DNA from: Candidatus Aenigmatarchaeota archaeon
GTDB taxonomy: Archaea; Aenigmatarchaeota; Aenigmatarchaeia; QMZP01
Reading direction: 5' to 3'
Assembly: GCA_038999435.1 (NCBI GenBank)
Contig: JAVZYR010000001.1
Coordinates: forward strand, 12,708-76,707
Length of the DNA stretch: 64,000 nt
In this document: piece after piece, positions 9,486 through 19,790 of the stretch
Numbering within the stretch: the first letter of the stretch is position 1
Layout of the letters: each line of letters begins with the position of its first letter
Notes under the pieces: model-generated
What the model was told of the DNA's origin: nothing
Databases searched by the model: none
What the model saw: the letters and a program-made list of their open reading frames with translations, nothing else
Translations under genes and position numbers: made by a program

Positions 9486-11999
9486 ATGAATATTCCTAAA
9501 CTATTATTATTAATTATAACAATATCTGCTATTCTAATCATTTTTATCAGATTCACAGGTCTATTTATTCCTCCTGCTGGCCCTCCTACTGTCTACACAG
9601 TCTGCTCTTCTGGTTGTGATTATGACAGCCTGACAGCATGCCTTTTTACTATAAATAATACACAGAATATTTGCAACATAACGGGCCCTGGCTTTTGGTC
9701 AATAAATGATAGCTATTATTTTATTAGCAATGCCGGTGAAATAGTTGAAATAGCATCAGATGATGTTATTTTTGATTGTAATAATTCAATTTTAAGAACT
9801 ACCCTCATCAATTCTTTTGTAATACGAATGAAAAAAGTTGATAACACAACAATAAGAAATTGCATTTTTAATACAATTGATAACACAATAGATTTACAGG
9901 GAAATAACATAAAAATATACAACAATTCATTTTATGGCGATTGGTATTCTTTGCGGGCTTATGACTGGGTTTACAATATATCAATTTATGATAACAATAT
10001 ATCAACAGGATTTGATCCCTGGTTTAGGGTAGTTAATTGTACCATAGAAAATAATAACATATCTAACGGTTTAAGAGGAGATTTTAACGATAGTATAATA
10101 AGAAATAATAACATTAGTTGCGTGTATATAGTTATCAATGGTAAAAACACAATTTTTGAAAATCATCAGCAAATCTGCGAATCAGGAGACGCTTTACAAT
10201 ATTTTGGTGGTATAAACATAACAATAAGAAATAATAGTTTTATAAACAAAACAACAGGAATAATTATAAATTCAGCTAATGAAACGAATATATATAATAA
10301 TACAATCGTAACATATATTCCAACTGATTATGGAGGGATAAATTCATCAGGCACAAATTTTAATGTTACAATAATCAATAACACCATCACAGGCCCATAT
10401 AAAACTTCAATTGGAATTTTAGGTAGTGGCAATAAAATCATAAATAATACAATAAGCAATACAACACAAGGGATTTATATTAATGGAAGTAATCATAACA
10501 TATCTAGAAATGTAATAAAAAATGCAAGCCAAGAATGTTTATACACAGATTCTTTCACCGAGTCTAGCATAATCTCAAACAACACATTCGAGGATTGCGG
10601 TGCTGTTTCTGGTCCATACGAAGCGTATCTAAGCTCATACTCTCCACTGCAGTATAATGGCAACAACTACACTATTGTTTTTTATGCAAATTCAGATATA
10701 ATCGACACTGTGCAAGTTTCAGAAGATAACACAAATGTTTCTGACATAGTCACAGGTGAAAATAACTTCAGCCTATGGTTAGGTACATGTGAGGATGGCT
10801 CAAGATGGACAGTTTATGTCGAAGAGCCAGAGAGTATGTCGTGCTCAGATGTATTTAATTTAGGTTGTAATGGCATATGTGACTTTGAACAGGATGGCTA
10901 CTGGATTGCAAATGGCTATGGTCAAAACTACACATTAAATCAATCACCGCAGGTCTCTGTCATTCCCGGCTACACAGACCCTGCATGGCTGAGATACAGC
11001 TCATGGTATGTCCAGGATTACTATCCAATTGTTCTTTATGGCTCCTCTGGAAACAACATAACAAAGAATTGGATAAAGGATGTGAACAAAAAGAACAACT
11101 ATTCTATCTACTCAGATACAAATGCACAGGACAGGATATGGCTAAACATGCTTCTCTCAGGTGGCATAAACATCACAGGCACTGAGCCAATCTTATGCGT
11201 GAATGGTGAAGGAAACTTTTATGGCGAGGGCAGTTTAGGCGTGCCTGAGAACGATTGTGGTCCTGCAAGCATCACCGCACCAACAGCAGGTGCATACACA
11301 GGTAGCATAACAATTCAATGGACTGCCCAATCCTCACCAGAGCCTGTAACATATGATGTCTATGCAAAGAATTTAGCAACAGGCGAGATGACAAAACTTA
11401 CAGAAACAACAAGCCTTTCATATTTATGGAACCTATCAGGATACTTAGGAAATTATAAAGCAATCATTATTCCATGGATCTCTGGCTCAAGGATTAATGC
11501 AACATGGGCAGAGTCAGGCATACTTCAGCTTGGTCAGGGTACAGGTGGAGGCAATGTCACTGTTACAATCCTTACATCCATCACAATATCCCTACCTGTA
11601 GATACAGTCAACTTTGGCACAATGCAACTTGGCCAATCTGACAACACAACAGATAACAGCCCACCACCATTCATCCTTCAAAATGATGGTTCTGTGCCCG
11701 TCAACATTACAATAAATGCAACTCAGCTTTGGTACAGCAGCCTTGGTTCAGGCACAAGCAGTTATTATCAATTCAAAACAGAATGTAATGAGTCATCATG
11801 TGTGCCAGACCCAGATAATGACCTCGTTACATCCTGGACAAACATACCAATAAATGAACAAGCAATCCTTGCCTGTTCAAATCTTCGCTTCATAGACAAC
11901 CAAGATACGGTTAAGATTCACATAAAGGTTACAGTTCCGGTTGATGAGCCAGCAGGTTCAAAGAACAGCACAGTCACATTCACAGCAAGCCAAGCATAA
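9486..11999 (+). CDS. Giant Asn-rich cell-surface protein with an N-terminal signal/anchor, right-handed parallel beta-helix repeats, and a C-terminal about 145 aa module shared with downstream small proteins.
   Basis: N-terminal hydrophobic segment; many IxNNxI/NNTI PbH1-like repeats; very dense N-x-S/T sequons. C-terminal region from about 11550 is homologous to the 12251 ORF. Confidence 0.7.
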   Translation: MNIPKLLLLIITISAILIIFIRFTGLFIPPAGPPTVYTVCSSGCDYDSLTACLFTINNTQNICNITGPGFWSINDSYYFISNAGEIVEIASDDVIFDCNNSILRTTLINSFVIRMKKVDNTTIRNCIFNTIDNTIDLQGNNIKIYNNSFYGDWYSLRAYDWVYNISIYDNNISTGFDPWFRVVNCTIENNNISNGLRGDFNDSIIRNNNISCVYIVINGKNTIFENHQQICESGDALQYFGGINITIRNNSFINKTTGIIINSANETNIYNNTIVTYIPTDYGGINSSGTNFNVTIINNTITGPYKTSIGILGSGNKIINNTISNTTQGIYINGSNHNISRNVIKNASQECLYTDSFTESSIISNNTFEDCGAVSGPYEAYLSSYSPLQYNGNNYTIVFYANSDIIDTVQVSEDNTNVSDIVTGENNFSLWLGTCEDGSRWTVYVEEPESMSCSDVFNLGCNGICDFEQDGYWIANGYGQNYTLNQSPQVSVIPGYTDPAWLRYSSWYVQDYYPIVLYGSSGNNITKNWIKDVNKKNNYSIYSDTNAQDRIWLNMLLSGGINITGTEPILCVNGEGNFYGEGSLGVPENDCGPASITAPTAGAYTGSITIQWTAQSSPEPVTYDVYAKNLATGEMTKLTETTSLSYLWNLSGYLGNYKAIIIPWISGSRINATWAESGILQLGQGTGGGNVTVTILTSITISLPVDTVNFGTMQLGQSDNTTDNSPPPFILQNDGSVPVNITINATQLWYSSLGSGTSSYYQFKTECNESSCVPDPDNDLVTSWTNIPINEQAILACSNLRFIDNQDTVKIHIKVTVPVDEPAGSKNSTVTFTASQA

Positions 12000-12044
12000 A
12001 AGCTTATAAGGTTTTTAATACCAATAATTAAAATAGGAGGTAAA

Positions 12045-12239
12045 ATGGCATCCAACAAATTGCTGGCTGCATTGATTTTAGTGCTACTTGTAGCATCGCT
12101 TGTTGGTATGTATATTTTGATTGCACCGCTAATTCCAGTCGCGCCAGCCATAGCAACAGAGACAGGAGTTGTTAGCCTTTATGTTGCACCACAGCCATAC
12201 TCTACAGGAGGTATGGTTTCTGTGGTCGTAATAGGATAA
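12045..12239 (+). CDS. Small secreted or pilin-like protein (64 aa); a truncated paralog of the N-terminal part of the next gene.
   Basis: Strong SD (TAGGAGGTAAAATG); N-terminus MASNKLLAALILVLLVASLV parallels MVSNNTLAALILVAIVISLV of the 12251 ORF. Confidence 0.5.
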   Translation: MASNKLLAALILVLLVASLVGMYILIAPLIPVAPAIATETGVVSLYVAPQPYSTGGMVSVVVIG

Positions 12240-12250
12240 GGAGGTAAAAG

Positions 12251-12832
12251 ATGGTAAGCAATAATACACTTGCAGCCCTTATCTTGGTAGCAATAGTGAT
12301 ATCCCTGGTAAGCATAGCAACAACCCTAAACATTGCCTCAAGGATACCCATAACCCTAACAGGAGGCATATCAGGCACAACACAAGTATCAGTCGCAACA
12401 GCAATCACAATCACCCTGCCAGTAAGTACAGTAAACTTTGGCTCAATGTCCCTTAATGCAGAGGATGATACAACGGACAACAGCCCAGGCCCGTTCATTG
12501 TTCAAAATGACGGTTCTGTGTGTGTCAATGTGACAGTTAATGCAACACAACTTTGGTCAGGAACAGGCGCAACAGGTACATCGACATACTACAGATTTAA
12601 ATCAGAATGCAATGAGGCAAATTGCGTTAACAACGAAACAGAAGATCTTGTGAGCTCATGGACAAACATGCCAATTGCATCTGCTGCAACAAAGCTTGTC
12701 AACAGACTAAGATACACTGATTCACAGGATACTGTGAAGGCGCACATTTATCTAAAGGTCCCTGCAGATGAGCCAGCAGGTCCAAAGAGCAGTACTGTGA
12801 CATTTACATCAGAAGACGCAGGCGGCTGCTAA
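12251..12832 (+). CDS. Secreted protein (193 aa) made of a signal/anchor plus the beta-rich module shared with the C-terminus of the 9486 protein.
   Basis: SD AAGGAGGTAAAAGATG; roughly 60% identity by eye to 9486 residues about 690-837 (ITITLPVSTVNFG...DNSPGPFIVQNDGSV...NATQLW...YYRFKSECNE...VTFT). Confidence 0.65.
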   Translation: MVSNNTLAALILVAIVISLVSIATTLNIASRIPITLTGGISGTTQVSVATAITITLPVSTVNFGSMSLNAEDDTTDNSPGPFIVQNDGSVCVNVTVNATQLWSGTGATGTSTYYRFKSECNEANCVNNETEDLVSSWTNMPIASAATKLVNRLRYTDSQDTVKAHIYLKVPADEPAGPKSSTVTFTSEDAGGC

Positions 12833-12889
12833 AATAAAAAACTTTTCATTTTTTCTTTTTTTTAAATATTTTCACAGATATCTATAAAG

Positions 12890-14059
12890 ATGAAAAGGAT
12901 TTTCTCAATCATCTTGTTATTGACACTGGTTTTAATTTTACCATCAGCATTAGCCATTGGCATGTCACCTGCAAGGATAGAGATAGATTTTCAGCCAGGT
13001 GCAAACCTAACTTACGATTTCTGGGTTCTAAATAATCTTAATGAAACGCGTTCTATAGAGCTATATCCAACAGGCGAGCTTGCTGACAGGATAACCATTT
13101 ATGGTGATAAACAATTCGAACTTGAAGGACAAAAGGTTAGGCAATTTTCATTTTCCATACTACTACCTGAAGAACTTGAGCCAGGGCTTCACAAGTCAGG
13201 GATAGGTGCAATAGAAGGCCTGCCAAGTGGCAGGGAAGGCGGGACACAACTTGCTGCACGCGCAGCAGTTATAATGCAGGTATGGATAAGGGTACCATAT
13301 CCAGGAAAGTATGCAGAGATTAGTATAGAGGCAAAAGATGTTGAACTTGGTCAGCCAACACCATTCACAATCCATGTCAAAAACCTTGGCTCTGAAGACA
13401 TCACAGCAGAGGATGAGATAGAAATATGGAATGGTGATAAGAAAGTTGCAGAGCTGAGCGCAGGTTCTGTTTCAGTAGCTGCAAAAGGCACAGAAAATCT
13501 TTATGCAAGCTGGAAAGCAGACAGTGCAGGTGTATACAAAGCAATAGCAAATGTGAAATATGATGGCAAAAATGCATCAGCTTCAACATTTTTCAGGGTT
13601 GGGGCTCTTGACATAGAAATATTAGACCTCTCAAAAGAGATTGTGCAGGCCGGAGAGATAGCAAAGTTTAAGGTTAAACTAAAAAGCAAATGGAATGCAG
13701 AGATTAGAAACATTTATGCCGATGTTGAAATACTGAAAGATGGAAATGTTTTAAAAACAGGGCGCTCAGCGCCATTCATGTTGGGTGTATGGGAAGAAAG
13801 GGAAATCCCCATTTATGTTGAAACACAGGGCCTTGAGCTTGGTGTCTATGATGCAAAAGTTAAAGTATATTTTGATAATAGGACAAAGGAAAAAGATTTC
13901 TCTTCTAGATTGGAGATTGTTGCATACAAACCTTTTGAGATATCCCTACCTTATATCATCATTTTGATATTCTTCATATTCGTACTACTCTTGATAACCT
14001 TATTATTATTAAAAAGGAGGAAGGAATCGCATGAAAAAAGGTCAAGAAGAAAAAAATAA
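12890..14059 (+). CDS. Surface protein with a signal peptide, a beta-sandwich (CARDB-like) ectodomain, and a C-terminal TM plus polybasic tail.
   Basis: N-terminal signal MKRIFSIILLLTLVLILPSALA; C-terminal LPYIIILIFFIFVLLLITLLLLKRRKESHEKRSRRKK. Confidence 0.6.
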   Translation: MKRIFSIILLLTLVLILPSALAIGMSPARIEIDFQPGANLTYDFWVLNNLNETRSIELYPTGELADRITIYGDKQFELEGQKVRQFSFSILLPEELEPGLHKSGIGAIEGLPSGREGGTQLAARAAVIMQVWIRVPYPGKYAEISIEAKDVELGQPTPFTIHVKNLGSEDITAEDEIEIWNGDKKVAELSAGSVSVAAKGTENLYASWKADSAGVYKAIANVKYDGKNASASTFFRVGALDIEILDLSKEIVQAGEIAKFKVKLKSKWNAEIRNIYADVEILKDGNVLKTGRSAPFMLGVWEEREIPIYVETQGLELGVYDAKVKVYFDNRTKEKDFSSRLEIVAYKPFEISLPYIIILIFFIFVLLLITLLLLKRRKESHEKRSRRKK

Positions 14060-14480
14060 AATCAAGCTAAAACTAACAAAAAAACTGTGCATTTTGGTTA
14101 TAGTTTTAGTTGCATTTGCATCTGTACTTGGCACTATTTTATGGTCATCACCTGAAATAAAAAACATTGATATCTATCTTACAGTTGGCAATTACACAGG
14201 CATAAACGTAAACTCATCCGCACTTTGGTTTGGTACAATCCCGCAGAATGCTGTTGCACAGCGTAATATCATAATAAATAATGGTGATGCATGGCCAAGG
14301 CGAGTCTGGATAAAGGCGCAAGGAGAAATTGCAAAATGGATATCTGTTACGGATAATGGCTTTTTGCTAAAGCCAAATGAAGGAATGCAGGTAGGTGTTG
14401 TTGTGAGCATACCACCTGATGCTGCCCAAAAAAATTATACATCTCAACTCGAGATTGTGCTTATCAGGACAATATTTTAA
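14031..14480 (+). CDS. Small membrane-anchored or secreted protein distantly related to the shared module.
   Basis: N-terminal TM; LWFGTIPQNA...IIINNGDAWPRRVWIKAQGEIAKW parallels VNFGTMQLG...FILQNDGSVPVNITINATQLW. Confidence 0.45.
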   Translation: MKKGQEEKNKIKLKLTKKLCILVIVLVAFASVLGTILWSSPEIKNIDIYLTVGNYTGINVNSSALWFGTIPQNAVAQRNIIINNGDAWPRRVWIKAQGEIAKWISVTDNGFLLKPNEGMQVGVVVSIPPDAAQKNYTSQLEIVLIRTIF

Positions 14481-14613
14481 AGATTTATATATTACTAAAC
14501 AATAATAAATATATTTAGATTTTCATATCCCATTTTGTGTCCTTAAGACCACAAAAAAACAATGAAAATCGATATCTTGAGAACAAATTTAAAGAGAAAA
14601 ATGCAATATTAAT

Positions 14614-16209
14614 ATGGCAGAAAAAACAACTGAAGGCATAGAATATAATGGGGCTGTCAAGTCAGCAGAAGAACTCGCACGGGAACAAAGGGAGATATCA
14701 ATATCAGAATTTTTTGAAAAAAACAGGCATCTTTTAGGCTATGACAACAAAACAAAAGCGCTGATGATTATTGTAAAAGAGGCGGTTGATAATGCACTCG
14801 ATGCATGTGAAGAAGCAAGGATACTCCCAGAGATTTATGTTAAGGTTGAAGAGGTTGAAGAAGAGAAATACAAGATTGTTGTAAGGGATAATGGCCCTGG
14901 CATAGTTAAAAAGAATATACCAAAAATATTTGGAACGCTTCTTTATGGTTCGAAGTTTCACAGGCTGAGGCAGAGCCGTGGTGCGCAAGGCCTTGGCATA
15001 TCCTGCGCAGTGCTCTATTCACAGCTAACAACAGGCATGCCAACAGAAATACTCAGCTCAACAGGTGATGGTGTAACGCATCGCTACAAACTTAAAATAA
15101 ATGTAAAAAAGAATGAGGCAGATGTGCTCGAGGAAGAAAGCATAGACATGGGAAAATGGCATGGTGTACAGATAACATTTTTTGCTGAAGGTGTATACAA
15201 AGAGCATAAGCAATCAATTTTGGAATATCTCAAACAAACAGCCATGACAAATCCCTATGCATACATCATTTTCGATGCACCGACAGGCAGAATAGAATTT
15301 ACAAGGGCTGTGGACAGCTTACCAGTTGAGGCAAAAGAGATAAATCCACATTTGCATGGTGTAGAGATTGGCATGCTTGAGAGGATGCTTCACGATACAA
15401 AGGCAAGAAGTCTTCAGTCATTCTTTGTTACAGAATTTACAAGGGTCGGGAGTACAACTGCAAAACAGATATGCGAGAAGGCAGGTATTGACCCGAGAAC
15501 ATCTCCAAGACGCGTGACTGATGAACAATTAAGACAACTGATGAAAGCGATAAAAGAGACGAAACTTCTTGCACCACCTACTGATGTATTATCCCCACTT
15601 GGAGAAGAGCTTATAGAAAAAGGCATGAAAAAAGAACTTGCACCTGAATTTGTAGTTGCTGTTTCAAGGTCTCCTGCTGTTTATAGAGGTTGGCCATTCC
15701 AGATAGAGGTTGGACTGGCATATGGTGGACAAATTCAAGAAGCAAGGCTTTATAGATTTGCAAACAGGGTTCCATTACTTTACAAACAAGGTGATTGTGC
15801 AATAACCCATGCTGTCGAGGAAATAGACTGGAAAAGATATGGTATTGAAGGTGAGATGCAGATTGGAAAGGCAGGAAGCCCACCAATTGCGATATTTGTG
15901 CATATATGTTCTGTTTGGGTTCCATTTACATCTGAATCAAAGGAGGCTGTTGCATCATATCCTATAATAATAAAAGAAACAAAACTTGCAATACAGGATG
16001 CGGCAAGAAAGCTTTCTCTTTATCTTTCAGGAAAGAGAAAAGCAGAGTGGCAGAGTCAGAGGCTCAAGACATTCGAGAAGTATGCAGATGAGACTGCCCG
16101 GGCCCTTGCAGAGCTTGTGGCAAAGCCAAAGGAAGAAATAAAAGCAATGATACTTGAAATAATAAAGAAAGGTGAATTTGTAGAGGATGAGGAAAATGGA
16201 AAAGGATAG
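14614..16209 (+). CDS. top6B: DNA topoisomerase VI subunit B.
   Basis: GHKL/Bergerat ATPase motifs (KEAVDNALDA, VRDNGPGI); typical size. Confidence 0.9.
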   Translation: MAEKTTEGIEYNGAVKSAEELAREQREISISEFFEKNRHLLGYDNKTKALMIIVKEAVDNALDACEEARILPEIYVKVEEVEEEKYKIVVRDNGPGIVKKNIPKIFGTLLYGSKFHRLRQSRGAQGLGISCAVLYSQLTTGMPTEILSSTGDGVTHRYKLKINVKKNEADVLEEESIDMGKWHGVQITFFAEGVYKEHKQSILEYLKQTAMTNPYAYIIFDAPTGRIEFTRAVDSLPVEAKEINPHLHGVEIGMLERMLHDTKARSLQSFFVTEFTRVGSTTAKQICEKAGIDPRTSPRRVTDEQLRQLMKAIKETKLLAPPTDVLSPLGEELIEKGMKKELAPEFVVAVSRSPAVYRGWPFQIEVGLAYGGQIQEARLYRFANRVPLLYKQGDCAITHAVEEIDWKRYGIEGEMQIGKAGSPPIAIFVHICSVWVPFTSESKEAVASYPIIIKETKLAIQDAARKLSLYLSGKRKAEWQSQRLKTFEKYADETARALAELVAKPKEEIKAMILEIIKKGEFVEDEENGKG

Positions 16210-17293
16210 TGTGGAAAAACCAAATGAGAAGTTGAAGAGCCTTGGCTTAGATGTGCTGAGCCAGCTTCAAGCAAAGAAAAATCCTGACATAGTCCTACCA
16301 ATAAGGACACTTGGTAACATATATTTTGATGAAAAATCAAGGCTCATCATGCTTGGTGATAAAAAAGCGCACAGAACATATCTGAACGTTGCACACACAA
16401 GAAAATTTATGCAAACATTAATGGTAGCGGCTGAGTGTAAAAAAATCATTGAGCAAGGCGTCACAACTTCGATTAGAGACCTTTATTATGCACTAAAGAG
16501 GACAATACCTGGAACACAAGAAAATACATTCGAGGAGCAGGATGAAAGTGACCCTATCATAGAAGATTTAGAAGCAGCACTTGATGTGCTCAGGGAAACA
16601 TTGCATTTGCGTGCTGATAGAAAGGGATATGCTGCAGGCCCAATAAAAATAAACGATGGAGGAGATGTCATAGATTGTACAAAGATGGGCACATCTGGTT
16701 GGGCAATACCATCAAATGTGGAACCAGAGATTATAAAGTTTATTGAAAATAAAGCAAAATTTGTGCTTGTTATAGAGAAAGATGCAGTGTGGCAAAGGTT
16801 GAATGAGGACAAGTTTTGGCAAAAGCATAATTGCATAATAGTTACAGGAAAGGGACAGCCTGATAGAGGAACAAGAAGGCTTATCAATAGGTTGCATAAC
16901 GAGCTTGGTTTACCTATCTATGTGCTTACAGATGCAGATCCATGGGGATATTATATATATTCTGTTATCAAGCAAGGTAGTATAAATCTCAGCTTCTTAT
17001 CAGACAGACTTGGAACACCTGATGCAAAATTCATAGGTCTGACAACTACTGATGTAGAAGAATTTAACATACCAAAGAATGTTACAATAAAGCTTGACCA
17101 AGGAGATATAAAAAGAACTCAAGAGATGTTAAATTATATCTGGTTCAAACCAAAAGAGTGGCAGGAGGAGTTGAAAAATATGCTAAAAATTGGATATAAG
17201 TTAGAGCTTGAAGCACTATCAGCAAAAGGAATAAAATTTATATCTGAGGTCTATCTTCCTAAAAAGATAAAAGAACAAAGATTTTTGCCTTAA
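16187..17293 (+). CDS. top6A: DNA topoisomerase VI subunit A (Spo11-like).
   Basis: Toprim motif VLTDADPWGYYI; overlaps top6B as usual. Confidence 0.9.
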   Translation: MRKMEKDSVEKPNEKLKSLGLDVLSQLQAKKNPDIVLPIRTLGNIYFDEKSRLIMLGDKKAHRTYLNVAHTRKFMQTLMVAAECKKIIEQGVTTSIRDLYYALKRTIPGTQENTFEEQDESDPIIEDLEAALDVLRETLHLRADRKGYAAGPIKINDGGDVIDCTKMGTSGWAIPSNVEPEIIKFIENKAKFVLVIEKDAVWQRLNEDKFWQKHNCIIVTGKGQPDRGTRRLINRLHNELGLPIYVLTDADPWGYYIYSVIKQGSINLSFLSDRLGTPDAKFIGLTTTDVEEFNIPKNVTIKLDQGDIKRTQEMLNYIWFKPKEWQEELKNMLKIGYKLELEALSAKGIKFISEVYLPKKIKEQRFLP

Positions 17294-17341
17294 ATATTTT
17301 GAGAGCTGCACAAACTAATTAATAACAATTAAAAATATTTT

Positions 17342-19333
17342 ATGGCGCACACACTTGTGATTGCTGAAAAGCCAAGTGCAGCAAAAAAGATTGCTGAGGC
17401 AATAGGAAAGGCAAAAGCAGAAAGAATAGGAAAAGTGACATATTGGAGGATAAAAGGGAAAAAAGAGATAGTTGTTGTGCCTGCAGTTGGCCATCTATTC
17501 ACTCTGGTTGAAACAGGAAATCAATGGACATATCCTGTTTTTGATTTAAAATGGAGACCGATATTTGAGGCTGAAAAGGGTGCTGCTTGGACAAAACAAT
17601 ATTTTAATGTTATTAAACAGCTTGCAAAAGATGCCGATGAGTTTGTTGCAGCAACAGATTTTGATATCGAGGGTTCAGTGATCGCCTTTAACATTTTGCG
17701 ATTTTTATGTCAGGCTAACGATGCAAAAAGAATGAAATTTTCAACTCTAACCAAAGAAGAGCTTAACAATGCCTTTAAAAGACCAATGCCGCATCTTGAT
17801 TGGCCACAGATATGGGCTGGGCTTACAAGGCATGAGATGGATTTCTATTGGGGTATAAATCTCTCTCGGGCACTTAGCCTTTCTGTAAAAGCAGCAGGAG
17901 GCTACAAAACATTATCTATAGGTAGGGTACAAGGGCCAACCCTGAATATACTTGAAAAGCGAGAAAGAGAAATTGCAAACTTTGTTTCAAAGCCATATTG
18001 GCAGATTTTTTTGATAGCAGATGGTATAAAGGCAATGCATACAGGTGGCAACATAACATCAAAAACAAAAGCAGATGAGATTTTTAAAAAATGCAAAGGA
18101 AAGCAAGCAATTGTATCCAAAATAAAGGAAAAAAAGGTCAGCGTAGCACAGCCATGTCCTTTTAATTTAACAGATCTGCAAAGAGAGGCATATGCAATTT
18201 TTGGTTTTTCTCCAAAAATGACACTTGATATTGCACAAGCCCTGTATGAGCAGGCACTTATCAGCTATCCAAGAACCTCAAGCCAAAAATTACCTGATAA
18301 GATAGGATACAAAGGTATAATAGAAAACATATCAAAAATACCAGAATACAAAAAGGATGCATTAGATTTGTTAACAAAAAGGCTTAAACCAAGAGAGGGG
18401 CCAAAGACAGACCCTGCACATCCTGCAATATATCCAACAGGTTTGATACCTCATACCCTTACAACACAACAGAAAAAACTATATGACTTAATTGTCAGAA
18501 GATTTCTCTCAACATTCACAGACCCTGCAACAGCACTTTCAACTGACATTGAAATAAAAATAGACGATGAGACGTTTAAAGCAAAAGGATATAAAATAGT
18601 AGAAAAGGGATGGTTGGATGTATACAAATACACAAAGATAAAAGAGATTGAGCTACCAAAATTAAGAGAAGGTCAAATCATAACAGCCAAGATTGAGATT
18701 GTTGAAAAGCAGACACAACCACCACCAAGATATACACAGGCATCAATATTAAAAGAAATGGAATCTTTGAGTTTGGGTACAAAAGGAACCCGTGCACTAA
18801 TACTGCAAACCCTTTATGACAGGGGATATGTTGCTGAGGGCTCAATATATGTTACAGAGCTTGGAAAGGCAATAGTTTCGGCATTGGAAAAATACTGCCC
18901 TGATATACTTTCTGTTGACCTCACAAGACATTTTGAATCTGCCATGGAGCACATACAGGAAGGTAAAGAGAGTCCAGAAAAAATTTTAAAAGAGGCAAAG
19001 GATAAACTTGAGGAGATATTGAAAGATATTAAAAAAAGGGAAAAAGAGATAGGTCTTGTGATTATAGATGCGATAAAAAAGCTTGCAAGGACCCAGGCAT
19101 ATGTTGGGCAATGTGATTGCGGAGGAGAGATGGTAATAAGGAAATCGAAAAATGGAAAACGTTTTGTTGCATGTACAAAATGGCCTGCTTGTAACAAAAC
19201 ATTCAATCTACCTGCCCAAGGGATGTTAACAGTAACAAAAGAAAAATGTAATTGTGGCCTTTTCATCATCAGAATTAAACAAAAAGGAAAAAGGGCCTGG
19301 AAATTATGTGTAAGATGTGGATTTAAAATATAA
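17342..19333 (+). CDS. topA: Type IA DNA topoisomerase (topo I/III) with C-terminal zinc ribbons.
   Basis: N-terminus LVIAEKPSAAKKIA (Toprim), EGS acidic motif, C-terminal CDCGG...CTKWPAC...CNCG. Confidence 0.9.
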   Translation: MAHTLVIAEKPSAAKKIAEAIGKAKAERIGKVTYWRIKGKKEIVVVPAVGHLFTLVETGNQWTYPVFDLKWRPIFEAEKGAAWTKQYFNVIKQLAKDADEFVAATDFDIEGSVIAFNILRFLCQANDAKRMKFSTLTKEELNNAFKRPMPHLDWPQIWAGLTRHEMDFYWGINLSRALSLSVKAAGGYKTLSIGRVQGPTLNILEKREREIANFVSKPYWQIFLIADGIKAMHTGGNITSKTKADEIFKKCKGKQAIVSKIKEKKVSVAQPCPFNLTDLQREAYAIFGFSPKMTLDIAQALYEQALISYPRTSSQKLPDKIGYKGIIENISKIPEYKKDALDLLTKRLKPREGPKTDPAHPAIYPTGLIPHTLTTQQKKLYDLIVRRFLSTFTDPATALSTDIEIKIDDETFKAKGYKIVEKGWLDVYKYTKIKEIELPKLREGQIITAKIEIVEKQTQPPPRYTQASILKEMESLSLGTKGTRALILQTLYDRGYVAEGSIYVTELGKAIVSALEKYCPDILSVDLTRHFESAMEHIQEGKESPEKILKEAKDKLEEILKDIKKREKEIGLVIIDAIKKLARTQAYVGQCDCGGEMVIRKSKNGKRFVACTKWPACNKTFNLPAQGMLTVTKEKCNCGLFIIRIKQKGKRAWKLCVRCGFKI

Positions 19334-19347
19334 ACCGTACAATAGAT

Positions 19348-19584
19348 ATGGGGATTAAAATTAAAAGGCCTATTTACGAATCAAAAGAAAAGTATTTCAA
19401 AAGGATAGAAAAATGGTTTGTAATATTGTTTTCAATACTAATTATACTAATCGTTTTGTATGGTATTAACTGGTCATTTCAAAAAAGTGCATGGGAACTT
19501 GGGATATTCTTTGTAATCCTTGTTGTAATATTAATACCTATAACTATTGTTGCTATTGATATGATTACCTGGGAAGGAGAGTAG
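19348..19584 (+). CDS. Small two-TM membrane protein, hypothetical.
   Basis: ORF with two hydrophobic helices; starts 15 nt after topA. Confidence 0.4.
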   Translation: MGIKIKRPIYESKEKYFKRIEKWFVILFSILIILIVLYGINWSFQKSAWELGIFFVILVVILIPITIVAIDMITWEGE

Positions 19585-19595
19585 AGCAGTTCAGT

Positions 19596-19739
19596 CTATG
19601 CTCCAGTTATCCTGAAAACGGTTGTTCCACACTTTGGACACTTTCCCTTTACTGCCTTTTTTCCTGTTTTCAGTTTTACTTCCTTTCCATCTGCTATTTC
19701 AACCTTTTTCTTGCACTTTACGCAATAACCTTGTACCAT
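19596..19739 (-). CDS. Small (47 aa) CxxC...CxxC zinc-ribbon protein (MVQGYCVKCKKKVEIADGKEVKLKTGKKAVKGKCPKCGTTVFRITGA).
   Basis: Not in the ORF track (under 60 aa); perfect SD GGAGGTCAAAATG; lysine-rich zinc ribbon. Confidence 0.5.
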   Translation of the reverse strand: MVQGYCVKCKKKVEIADGKEVKLKTGKKAVKGKCPKCGTTVFRITGA

Positions 19740-19790
19740 TTTGACCTCCTTTTTTTATTATTTTTATTTTATATCCCTTTATAAATAAAA

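Noticed and set aside
12045-12239. Calling the 64-aa paralog a pseudogene
   Set aside because: It has an intact SD, start, and stop. It may be a genuine short pilin-like subunit rather than a decayed copy, so I kept it as a CDS with moderate confidence.
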